DNA of 22,474 nucleotides from Thermotogota bacterium (GTDB taxonomy: Bacteria; Thermotogota; Thermotogae; Petrotogales; Kosmotogaceae): assembly GCA_034660555.1 (NCBI GenBank), contig JAYEJL010000018.1, forward strand, positions 1 to 22,474, given 5' to 3'. The notes beneath the pieces were generated by a model. The model saw only the letters and a list, made by a program, of their open reading frames with translations. It was not told the DNA's origin and searched no databases. Positions 7,415 through 16,114 of the stretch are shown here, piece after piece (the stretch's first letter is position 1; each line of letters begins with the position of its first letter). The position numbers and the translations under genes were made by a program.

Positions 7415-8920
7415 GTGAAAAAGCTTTTTGTTATTGGTTTAGTCCTTGCTGTTGCGTTTTTTGGCTTTGCAAAAGATTACATTACAGTGGGAACAACAGA
7501 CAAGATCAAAATACTGGATCCTGCGGATTGTTATGATTACTTCTCAAGTAACATAATACAAAATACAATGGCAGGACTGGTTGATTATGAAGTGGGAACA
7601 GCCAATATAGTTCCATGGCTGGCCAAGAGCTGGGAAGTATCAGAAGACAGCCTTACTTATACCTTCCATCTAAGAGAAGATGCCAAATTCCGAAATGGAA
7701 ATGATATTGATGCAAATGCGTTGAAGTTTTCCTTTGATAGGGTAATAAGGCTCAATGGCGATCCTGCATTCCTGATATCAGATGTTGTTGCTGAAACAAA
7801 AATAGTTGACAAGTACACTTTCCAGGTTACCCTGGAATACCCATGGTCAGCATTTGTTAGTGTATTAGGTTATACCGTTGCATATCCCGTTGACCCTGAA
7901 ACAACACCTGCAGATGAATTAATGTATGATCCACCTGTTGCTTCCGGTCCATATTATATTGATGATTGGCAGCCAGATGTTCAACTTATACTAAAGGCCA
8001 ATCCTTCTTACTTTGGACCAAAACCAAAAACAGATACCATCGTAATAAGATTCTATCAGAATGCAAGTACTCTAAGACTTGCTCTTGAAAGTGGAGAAAT
8101 TGATGTAGCTTACAGAACTTTGGATCCACGTGATTTAATGGTATTGAAGGAGGATCCACGGTATGTGGTTTTTGAAGGAAACAGTCCGGCTATTCGTGAA
8201 CTAGTAATAAACTCGAACATAGAACCTTTTGATGATCCGGTAGTTAGAAAAGCTTTAGCGTATTCCGTTGATCGATCAGCAATAGTCTCTGATGTATTCT
8301 CAGAAACTGTTGTTTCGCTTTACACACTGGTTCCAATAGGTATGTGGAGTCATGAAAATGTTATGCCAGAAAGAGATTTAGACAAAGCGCGCGAAATGTT
8401 AACGGCATTAGGATATTCTGAAGCCAATCCTCTGGAAATTGAACTCTGGTACACACCAAGTCACTATGGTACAACTGAAGCTGACGTTGCTCAGGTACTA
8501 AAATCATCAATTGAGGAAACGGGTTTTGTTGAAGTTTCATTGAAATATGCGGAATGGTCAACTTATATCGATTACTTTGTAAATGGAACTATTGGGGCAT
8601 TCCTTCTTGGCTGGTATCCAGATTATCTTGACCCTGATGATTATCTATGGCCTTTCCTTTCAGTAAATGGAGCAAAATCAATGGGCGCTTACTATAAGAA
8701 TCCATATGTGGAAGAGATTATGCTGTTATCTAGGGGATATGAAGATGTTACTGTTAGAACCGAATTAAATATCGATATTCAGAAAGTTCTTTCCATAGAT
8801 GTCCCATATATCCCACTATGGCAGAGTAAACAGTTCTGTGTAACACAACCATATATCTCAGGTGTTGTTCTTGAACCATCACAGATTTTCAGATACTACC
8901 TTCTGGAAATCGAGCAGTAG
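7415..8920 (+). CDS. dppA: Peptide/nickel ABC transporter substrate-binding protein (family 5, DppA/OppA-like)
   Basis: Sec signal MKKLFVIGLVLAVAFFGFA with no lipobox Cys; family 5 signature LAKSWEVSEDSLTYTFHLRE.AKF.NG; GPY; GW.PDY.DP. GTG 7415 follows RBS GGGGGG. Confidence 0.9.
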   Translation: MKKLFVIGLVLAVAFFGFAKDYITVGTTDKIKILDPADCYDYFSSNIIQNTMAGLVDYEVGTANIVPWLAKSWEVSEDSLTYTFHLREDAKFRNGNDIDANALKFSFDRVIRLNGDPAFLISDVVAETKIVDKYTFQVTLEYPWSAFVSVLGYTVAYPVDPETTPADELMYDPPVASGPYYIDDWQPDVQLILKANPSYFGPKPKTDTIVIRFYQNASTLRLALESGEIDVAYRTLDPRDLMVLKEDPRYVVFEGNSPAIRELVINSNIEPFDDPVVRKALAYSVDRSAIVSDVFSETVVSLYTLVPIGMWSHENVMPERDLDKAREMLTALGYSEANPLEIELWYTPSHYGTTEADVAQVLKSSIEETGFVEVSLKYAEWSTYIDYFVNGTIGAFLLGWYPDYLDPDDYLWPFLSVNGAKSMGAYYKNPYVEEIMLLSRGYEDVTVRTELNIDIQKVLSIDVPYIPLWQSKQFCVTQPYISGVVLEPSQIFRYYLLEIEQ

Positions 8921-8949
8921 AAAGATATTTGGTTCTTAGGGTATATAGT

Positions 8950-8977
8950 TTACCCGGGCCCTTGAGGACCCGGGTAA
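8950..8977 (+). promoter_or_regulatory. Intercistronic GC-rich stem-loop after the SBP gene (mRNA stabiliser or partial terminator)
   Basis: TTACCCGGG (8950-8958) ... CCCGGGTAA (8969-8977), followed by a weak TCTTT tail. Confidence 0.7.
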
Positions 8978-9000
8978 TCTTTATAGGGGGTGTTTTTCTC

Positions 9001-10008
9001 GTGTCTTTAAAGTGGTACATAATAACTAGAGTATTAATGGCAATTCCTATGTTTTTCATTCTTTTATTGATTATCTTTTTTGTACTGCGTATTTTGCCAG
9101 GTGATCCGATCATGTCAATGCTTGGTGGAAAGGCACCCATGTCTGTAATTGAACAGAAAAAGCATGAACTGGGATACGATAAACCGATTATTGAGCAGTT
9201 TTTCATCTATGTAGGGGGTTTATTCAGAGGAGACCTTGGTAAATCTGCATTAACAAAGCGCCCAATTGCAGATGAGATAGGCAGAAAATTACCAGCAACA
9301 ATTGAACTTACCATTTTCGGTTTTTTAATTGCGTTAGCGATCGGTATTTTTTGGGGAGCTGAAGCTACCAGACATCATAATGAATCCATAGATGTTGCGG
9401 GAAGATTTTATGCCATATTCATATATTCTGTACCGGTTTTTTGGCTTGGTATGTTATTTCAATGGTTTTTTGGAGTCCAATTAAGATGGCTACCCATTGC
9501 GGGTAGAATTTCTCCGTTGCTAAGACCGGAACAATTTTCAGGTTTATTTTTGTTTGATGCGCTTATTACCTGGGATATTCCAGCCTTTAAAGATGCTCTT
9601 GCTCATATAATACTACCCGGTTTAGCCCTTGGAATGATTATTTCAAGTATATTTCTACGTATGGTGCGCTCAAATATGGTTTTAATGCTCTCAAGAGATT
9701 TTGTAAAAGCAGCGAGAGCACGGGGAATTAGAGAGCGCAGCATAATATATCGTCATTCCTTGAAAAATGCTTTCGTTCCAATAATGACTGTAATGGGATT
9801 GCAACTTGCACTTCTTATGGCAGGAGCAGTGCTTACAGAAACAACATTTTCCTGGCCGGGTATTGGTAGTTACCTCGTAGAAAAAATAAGATACAGAGAT
9901 TTTCCTGCAGTACAGGGAACAATTGCGATTTTTGCATTGCTGGTAGTGGTTATTAACATTCTCGTCGACATAATAAATGCACTTGTCGATCCTCGGGTAA
10001 GGTATTGA
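9001..10008 (+). CDS. dppB: Peptide ABC transporter permease (DppB/OppB-like)
   Basis: LPGDP, GDLG.S, PATIEL, PVFWLG, EAA loop FVKAARARG, ETTFSWPGIG, DPRVRY. GTG 9001 follows RBS AGGGGG. Confidence 0.93.
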   Translation: MSLKWYIITRVLMAIPMFFILLLIIFFVLRILPGDPIMSMLGGKAPMSVIEQKKHELGYDKPIIEQFFIYVGGLFRGDLGKSALTKRPIADEIGRKLPATIELTIFGFLIALAIGIFWGAEATRHHNESIDVAGRFYAIFIYSVPVFWLGMLFQWFFGVQLRWLPIAGRISPLLRPEQFSGLFLFDALITWDIPAFKDALAHIILPGLALGMIISSIFLRMVRSNMVLMLSRDFVKAARARGIRERSIIYRHSLKNAFVPIMTVMGLQLALLMAGAVLTETTFSWPGIGSYLVEKIRYRDFPAVQGTIAIFALLVVVINILVDIINALVDPRVRY

Positions 10009-10019
10009 GGTGAGTTGAT

Positions 10020-10898
10020 ATGAAAAAAGAGTGGAGTCCTTCATATAGATTGGGAAAAGCTTTGAGACGTGTTTTCAAAAATAAGTCCGGACTTATGGCA
10101 TTTATCGGATTTGCTATTCTGGTTACATATATTATCTTTGCTGTATTCTCACCATACATTGCACCCTATGATCCGACTGTAAAGAGCGGTCCGGCATATT
10201 CACCTCCAACAAAGGATCACTGGTTTGGAACAACCAATCTTGGATATGATGTTTTAAGCAGGATTATATATGGCGCAAGAATAGCTTTATTAATAGCGTT
10301 TCTTGCAGTAGCAGTAGCAGCAGCGATAGGCATTCCTTTAGGTTTGTTATCTGGATACATTGGGGGTGCTTTCGACAGAATATTAAGTATGATCATGGAC
10401 GCCATTTATTCCTTTCCTGGTCTTATCCTGGCGATTGCAATTGCTGCTGTTCTTGGTCCAGGTATAATAAATGTGGCCTTATCCATAGCTGTTATCTATG
10501 CTCCCACATACTTCAGGGTTATAAGAAATCAGGTTTCTTCGATAAAGGATGACCTTTTTGTTGAAGCAGCCAGAGCAATAGGGGCTCGCGACAGAACGAT
10601 ATTGCTTAAATATATCTTGCCCAATGTGTTACCGTCTGTCATTGTTGTACTTTCAATGAATCTTGCTGATGCAATAATGACAGAAGCTGGATTAAGCTTT
10701 CTGGGTCTTGGAATAGCACCTCCCACTCCTGATTGGGGTTATGATTTATCAAATGGACAGAGATATTTGCTTCTAAATTACTGGTGGATGATAATTTTCC
10801 CTGGAATGTCCATTATAACTGTAGTTTTGGGATTCAGTTTATTTAGTGAAGGGGCAAATGAATTCCTCAATCCTAATATTGGCGAGACCCGGAGGTGA
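10020..10898 (+). CDS. dppC: Peptide ABC transporter permease (DppC/OppC-like)
   Basis: HWFGT..LG.DVLSRIIYGAR, FVEAARAIGA, EAGLSFLGLG..PP.PDWG, WW...FPG. Confidence 0.93.
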   Translation: MKKEWSPSYRLGKALRRVFKNKSGLMAFIGFAILVTYIIFAVFSPYIAPYDPTVKSGPAYSPPTKDHWFGTTNLGYDVLSRIIYGARIALLIAFLAVAVAAAIGIPLGLLSGYIGGAFDRILSMIMDAIYSFPGLILAIAIAAVLGPGIINVALSIAVIYAPTYFRVIRNQVSSIKDDLFVEAARAIGARDRTILLKYILPNVLPSVIVVLSMNLADAIMTEAGLSFLGLGIAPPTPDWGYDLSNGQRYLLLNYWWMIIFPGMSIITVVLGFSLFSEGANEFLNPNIGETRR

Positions 10899-10902
10899 TT
10901 TT

Positions 10903-11889
10903 ATGGAATTATTGAAGCTTGAAAATGTAAGCGTCAAGTATAAAACCAGAGAGGGACGGGTTCTCGCTGCTGAAGATGTAAACATTTCTATGAATGAGCG
11001 GGAAACGCTGGGTATTGTTGGAGAGTCAGGTTGTGGTAAATCAACCCTGGGTAACGCAATACTTGGAATATTACCAAAGGAAACCTCCGTAGAAGGAAAG
11101 ATACTGTTTAACAAAACCGATCTTCTATCGTTACCTAGAAAAAAATTTAGGATGATTCGGGGTAAAGATATATCGATGATATTTCAAGATCCCATGACTT
11201 CGTTGAATCCTGTTATGAAACTAAAACACCATTTTATTGAGACAATAATTACACATAAAAAAGTATCAAAGGAAGAAGCTATAAACATGGCCGAAAAAGC
11301 CCTGACAGATGTTGGTATTAATGCAGATAGACTGAATGATTATCCATTTCAACTGAGTGGGGGAATGAGGCAGAGAGTGATGATAGCTCTTGCTCTTGTA
11401 CTCAATCCAAAATTAGTAATAGCCGATGAACCAACAACCAGTCTTGATGTTATCGTACAGGCTCAAATTTTAAATATACTTAAAGGTCTGCAAAACGAGT
11501 ACAATATGGGAATGATTTTGATAACCCATGATTTAGGCGTGGTAGCTGAAGTGGCAGACAACATAGGTGTCATGTATGGGGGTCATCTTGTTGAATACTC
11601 AACGAAAATGAATATATACAAAGACCCAAAACACCCATATACTAAAGCACTGCTTGAATCAATTCCCAATACTGATATAAATGATAGAGAACTTAGCTTT
11701 ATTGAGGGTTATCCACCTGATCTCATGTCAGTACCTGAAGGGTGTAGATTTTCAGATCGTTGTCCTAAAGTCATGGACATTTGCAAGTCAAGTACACCAC
11801 CCGATATGTTTATCGAAGAAAATCGACTTGTCAAATGTTGGCTTTATAACGAAGGAGGTGCTAAAAGTGCAAGCAATAATCGAAGCTAA
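10903..11889 (+). CDS. dppD: Peptide ABC transporter ATP-binding protein (DppD/OppD-like)
   Basis: Walker A GESGCGKS, IFQDPMTSLNP, LSGGMRQR, IADEPTT, ITHDL, HPYT, C-terminal GC.F..RC..C..C. RBS GGAGGT at 10891-10896. Confidence 0.95.
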   Translation: MELLKLENVSVKYKTREGRVLAAEDVNISMNERETLGIVGESGCGKSTLGNAILGILPKETSVEGKILFNKTDLLSLPRKKFRMIRGKDISMIFQDPMTSLNPVMKLKHHFIETIITHKKVSKEEAINMAEKALTDVGINADRLNDYPFQLSGGMRQRVMIALALVLNPKLVIADEPTTSLDVIVQAQILNILKGLQNEYNMGMILITHDLGVVAEVADNIGVMYGGHLVEYSTKMNIYKDPKHPYTKALLESIPNTDINDRELSFIEGYPPDLMSVPEGCRFSDRCPKVMDICKSSTPPDMFIEENRLVKCWLYNEGGAKSASNNRS

Positions 11890-12856
11890 AAACCTTACAA
11901 AACACTTTCCAGTTAAGGAGCCTCTTCTGAAAAAACTGTTAACAAAAGAGAGAAAATTTGTCCATGCGGTTAACGGAATAGATTTTGATATCATGGAAAA
12001 CCAGACCCTTGGGCTGGTGGGAGAATCGGGAAGCGGAAAAACAACAACAGGTAGATTATGTTTGAGATTATTGGAAGCCACAAAGGGAGAAGTAAGTTAC
12101 CTTGGAAAGAATATCTTTGAACTCGATAAAGAATCGTTAAGAAAGCTTCGAAAGGAAATTCAGATAATTTTTCAGGACCCTCTTGCTGCATTGAATCCTT
12201 ATATGAAAGTTGGAGAAGCCATTAGACATCCTCTGGATATTCACAAAATAGGAACACCAAAACAGCGATATGAAAAAGTGCTGGAAATGCTAACAAAGGT
12301 TAATATGGAACCCGCTGAAGATTTTTACAGCAGATATCCCAGAGAGTTATCAGGAGGGCAGCAGCAGAGGATAGTAATCGCCAGGGCGCTGATAACAGAA
12401 CCTAAGTTCGTTGTTGCTGATGAAGCAGTTGCAATGCTTGATGTCTCTGTTAGATCTCAATTGCTTGAACTTATGATGCAACTGAAAAAAGAGATGAATC
12501 TGACATACTTATTCATAACTCATGACCTTGCAACTACAAAGTATATCTGTGACAAAATTGCTGTTATGTATCTGGGTAGCATAGTTGAAACAGGATCTTT
12601 TGAAGAAATATATACTAATCCCATGCATCCATACACAAAGGCTTTGATTTCAGCTGTACCAGAAGCAGATCCTGAAAAACAGAAAGAAAAAATCATTCCA
12701 GGAGGCGAAGTCCCCAATCCAATTGATTTACCTTCTGGGTGTCCATTCCATCCCAGATGTTCAGAAGCGAGAGAGATATGCAAAAAGGAATTTCCTGATT
12801 CTATAAGGGTAAGTGACACAAGGAGTGTTAGATGTCATTTGTTTAAGAACGCTTGA
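11867..12856 (+). CDS. dppF: Peptide ABC transporter ATP-binding protein (DppF/OppF-like)
   Basis: GESGSGKTT, IFQDP, LSGGQQQR, VADE, THDL, HPYT, GCPFHPRC. GTG 11867 follows RBS AGGAGGT. Confidence 0.95.
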   Translation: MQAIIEAKNLTKHFPVKEPLLKKLLTKERKFVHAVNGIDFDIMENQTLGLVGESGSGKTTTGRLCLRLLEATKGEVSYLGKNIFELDKESLRKLRKEIQIIFQDPLAALNPYMKVGEAIRHPLDIHKIGTPKQRYEKVLEMLTKVNMEPAEDFYSRYPRELSGGQQQRIVIARALITEPKFVVADEAVAMLDVSVRSQLLELMMQLKKEMNLTYLFITHDLATTKYICDKIAVMYLGSIVETGSFEEIYTNPMHPYTKALISAVPEADPEKQKEKIIPGGEVPNPIDLPSGCPFHPRCSEAREICKKEFPDSIRVSDTRSVRCHLFKNA

Positions 12857-12857
12857 A

Positions 12858-13655
12858 TTAACCTGTCAATGTGGTCAGGTTTACCGTGGGCTGGTTTACT
12901 AGATTTAGTGAAAACAAAATAATACATGTGGCAGTATAGATAATCATGGGAACCAGTATCCAGAATTTTTTATCTTCAATTTTGTTATTTGTTAGTGCAA
13001 TAATTACATTCTTTCCAAATAATATTGCCAGAACAATTGAGTATTCAAGCCCATAAAAGTAGAAGGGGACATCATTTATTTGATTCGCACTGTAAAATGC
13101 ATTGGCACTTTCTTTCCAGTATGGCCAGGGTTCATATATAATTCTTGAAAGAATATAAAATACAGAAGTTAATAAAATACCAGAAGTCATAAATTTTAAT
13201 GAAGGTCGGTATTTGATGAATAAGTAAAGCCCAAGAAAAATACCTGAAAGATGAACCATGTCATATATAATTTGCAGGTTATAAAGATGATTTGAAGGAT
13301 TCAGTGTAGAAAGAGTCGCTATGAATGAAACCCCAACAGTGGCTATTGTTCCCTGTTTTAACCATTCAATATCAAAAAGTAATCCAAACCAGCCCATAAA
13401 GAAAACAAAATAACATGTATATATCAGATTGTGGAGATTGTTTGTAGAATTGTAGATATAGGTTCCATCACTTTTTATGGTTACAGAAAAATCGAAAAGA
13501 TCAAGATCGAAATGCTGATTTTCCCCTTCATAACTGGTGATTCGCCATTACTGTATCCACCCATCCCATGTTTAATAGAAGATAAATGTAAATAGCCATA
13601 TTGTAAGGAATATCCAGCCAATTCTTCGTTCCTTTAAATTGGAATTTAGCTTCAT
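12858..13655 (-). pseudogene. Polytopic membrane protein gene (265 codons plus stop) interrupted by two in-frame TAA codons
   Basis: ATG at 13655 has a GGAGG RBS (13661-13665) and is in frame with the listed 12858..13397 ORF. Translation: MKLNSNLKERRIGWIFLTIWLFTFIFY*TWDGWIQ*WRITSYEGENQHFD...LIYTCYFVFFMGWFG. Stops lie at 13572-13574 and 13548-13550. Confidence 0.75.
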
Positions 13656-13669
13656 TCAATCCTCCAAAA

Positions 13670-14497
13670 TTAAAATCCTACTACTATTCCGCCTTCTCCT
13701 GCATATGTACCAATTGTCGGACCCATGCCATTTATAATAATCTCTTTCGGATTAAACCGTTTAAGAATTTCCTTCTTGAAGAATTCTGCATCTTCAGAAT
13801 TGTCTACGTGTGTAATTCCAAAGATTTTTTTCTCCATAATTCCAGGTACTCCTTCTATAATTTTGAGGGTTTCATTTAAAAATCTCTTTGTCCCTCTTAT
13901 TTTCTTCAGAATGTGAACCTCTCCTTTTACTCCTTGGAGTATTACTTTTACATTCAATAATTTAGCCAGCCCACCCTTAAATCTGCTCAATCGTCCACCT
14001 TTCACGATGTTTTCAAGTGTATGCAGAAGTATTAGGATAGTTACTTTTTTGCGAAAAATTTCGAGATATTTAAGAATGTTTTCAAGGCTTTCACCCTTTT
14101 CTGCCATTCGTGCTGACTGTAAAACCTGAATGCCGTGAGAAAGTGATCCAGACAGTGTATCAAATATTGAGGCAGGGTTACCTGCCAGCTGATTACCTAA
14201 GCTGGCTGACTGAAAAGTTCCGCTCAGTTTCGAAGAAATCGTCAGGCACAAGATATCATCGCCATCTTTAGCAAGTTTTGTAAAGGCTTCGGAAAATGCA
14301 ACCGGTGTAGGCTGTGATGTTTTTGGTAGATCTCTTGAATTCCTCATTTTTTCCCAGAATAATTCTGGTGTAATATTTTTTCCTTCGGTGTATTCTACTC
14401 CATCAATATTGACTGTTAAAGGCACAACATTAATATCATGCTTTTCAATAAATTTCCGGGGTAGATCACAGGAACTGTCCGTAACAATTTTGATCAT
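13670..14497 (-). CDS. degV: DegV family fatty-acid-binding protein (FakB-like)
   Basis: IKIVTDSSCDLP, PKTSQP, ISSKLSGTFQSA, KGGR, GPTIGTYAG.G. RBS AGGAGGT at 14504-14510. Confidence 0.95.
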   Translation of the reverse strand: MIKIVTDSSCDLPRKFIEKHDINVVPLTVNIDGVEYTEGKNITPELFWEKMRNSRDLPKTSQPTPVAFSEAFTKLAKDGDDILCLTISSKLSGTFQSASLGNQLAGNPASIFDTLSGSLSHGIQVLQSARMAEKGESLENILKYLEIFRKKVTILILLHTLENIVKGGRLSRFKGGLAKLLNVKVILQGVKGEVHILKKIRGTKRFLNETLKIIEGVPGIMEKKIFGITHVDNSEDAEFFKKEILKRFNPKEIIINGMGPTIGTYAGEGGIVVGF

Positions 14498-14539
14498 GAT
14501 AGTACCTCCTAAACAGTTTTCTTCCTACTTATTTATATT

Positions 14540-16114
14540 TTAAACATCATTTGTTTTTCCATAACCTCCGCCACCGGGACTCTCTATATGTATTATGTCA
14601 CCTTTTTTCAAAAATTGATGGAACTTTCCAGGGAGTTTTCTTACTTTATCACCTGACATTATTTTATTAATACCCGCATTACCACTGCTACCACCATTTA
14701 AACCATAGGGTTTAAAGATTCTTCTTTCAGAGAGCATTGTTGTTTCTACTGCGCACAGTACTTTTATTTCTCTTATGATACCATCACCACCATTGTTTTT
14801 GCCTTTACCGCCACTATCTCTTCGTATTCTGTATTTCATAACCCTTAAAGGATACTCAAACTCAATTGATTCTATTGGTGTGTTCATAGTATTTGTCATG
14901 TGTGAATGAATTCCACTCTCTCCATTACTATAATTTGATGCACCGGTACCGCCGCCAATCGTTTCATAATAAGTAAAACTTCTACCTTTACTTTTGTCAA
15001 AACCACCAATGGAAAGGTTGTTCATGGTTCCCTGGCTTGCAGCAGGAATAACTTCCGGGATTGCTTTTGAAAGAGCTCCCAATAAAACATCTACAATACG
15101 TTGTGATGTCTCAACATTACCTCCTGCGACAGCACAGGGATATTTAGCATCAACAATAGTCTCTTTGGGTATAATAACTTCTATGGGTCGAAGGCAACCT
15201 GCATTTGTGGGAATATCTTCTTTTACAAGTGATCTGAAAATGTAAAGAATAGCGGAAAGAGTTATTGCTTTCACGGCATTTATGCTACCAGTTAACTGCT
15301 TATGTGTTCCTGTAAAATCAACGATTGCTTTATCGTTCTTTATAGTTATCTTGGCATTTATATTGATCTTTTTTGTATCAAATCCATCATCATCCAGATA
15401 ATCAACAAAACTGTATTCTCCATCAGGTATCGCTTGTATGGTTTTTCGCATAATGTTTTCTGAATATTCAATGAGCTTTTCAGATAATAAAGACATTTTA
15501 TTTTTTCCATATGTATAGGATAGTTCTGTAAGTCTTTTTATCCCGGTTATATTTGCCATAATCTGTGCTTCGAAATCACCCTGACGTTCGGTGGGGGTTC
15601 GGACATTGGAAATTACGAGCTTGAGAATATCTCTCTGCAACTCACCATTTTTTACCAGTTTTAGGGGTGGAATAATCATACCTTCCTGGAATATTGTACT
15701 GGACAAAGGCATCGAGCCTGCAGATATTCCCCCGATATCCGCATGATGTGCCCTATTTGCAACGTAAAATAAAATTTCATCATCAATGTAAACGGGAGCA
15801 ACAACGGTTATATCTGGAAGGTGCGTTCCGCCCAGGTAGGGATCATTAAGAAATACCATATCACCTTTGTTCATTGATACTTCTGAAATAGCCGATTTGA
15901 CAGAAAGAGGCATGGAACCAAGATGAACAGGTATGTGAGCAGCCTGAGCAATCATATCACCATTTTTGTCAAAGATAGCACAGGAGTGATCCTTTCTTTC
16001 TTTTATATTTGGTGAAAAAGCGGTTTTGAAAAGTGCCACTCCCATTTCTTCAGATATGCTTGAAAATTTGTTCTTGAATATTTCAAGAGCAATGGGACTT
16101 ATTTTTTCAGTCAT
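14540..16114 (-). CDS. hyuB: Hydantoinase B / 5-oxoprolinase B-subunit family protein
   Basis: EEMG..L..TAFSPNIKERKDHSCA, HIPVHLGSM, NDPY.GGTHLPD, RAHHADIGG, QGTMNN, YYETIGGG, H.HMTNT.NTP.E, PGGGGYG. Confidence 0.92.
   Translation of the reverse strand: MTEKISPIALEIFKNKFSSISEEMGVALFKTAFSPNIKERKDHSCAIFDKNGDMIAQAAHIPVHLGSMPLSVKSAISEVSMNKGDMVFLNDPYLGGTHLPDITVVAPVYIDDEILFYVANRAHHADIGGISAGSMPLSSTIFQEGMIIPPLKLVKNGELQRDILKLVISNVRTPTERQGDFEAQIMANITGIKRLTELSYTYGKNKMSLLSEKLIEYSENIMRKTIQAIPDGEYSFVDYLDDDGFDTKKININAKITIKNDKAIVDFTGTHKQLTGSINAVKAITLSAILYIFRSLVKEDIPTNAGCLRPIEVIIPKETIVDAKYPCAVAGGNVETSQRIVDVLLGALSKAIPEVIPAASQGTMNNLSIGGFDKSKGRSFTYYETIGGGTGASNYSNGESGIHSHMTNTMNTPIESIEFEYPLRVMKYRIRRDSGGKGKNNGGDGIIREIKVLCAVETTMLSERRIFKPYGLNGGSSGNAGINKIMSGDKVRKLPGKFHQFLKKGDIIHIESPGGGGYGKTNDV

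Noticed and set aside
10304..10326. GCAGTA/GCA short tandem repeat in dppC
   Set aside because: Simply encodes Ala/Val residues of a transmembrane helix (AVAVAAA) with the frame intact.
5582..11866. Longer N-termini in the ORF track (5582, 7178, 7325, 8929, 10846, 11681)
   Set aside because: Downstream starts have clear Shine-Dalgarno sequences and match family N-termini; the extensions run through promoters, hairpins or upstream genes.
12860..12881. AACCTG...CAGGTT hairpin after dppF as a terminator
   Set aside because: Only 6 bp with a 10-nt loop and no real U-tract, and it lies inside the opposite gene.
13548..13574. Alternative genetic code reading TAA as sense
   Set aside because: TAA is the genuine stop of many genes in the window (e.g. 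at 463, 956, 6922, 6963, 13670, 14540).
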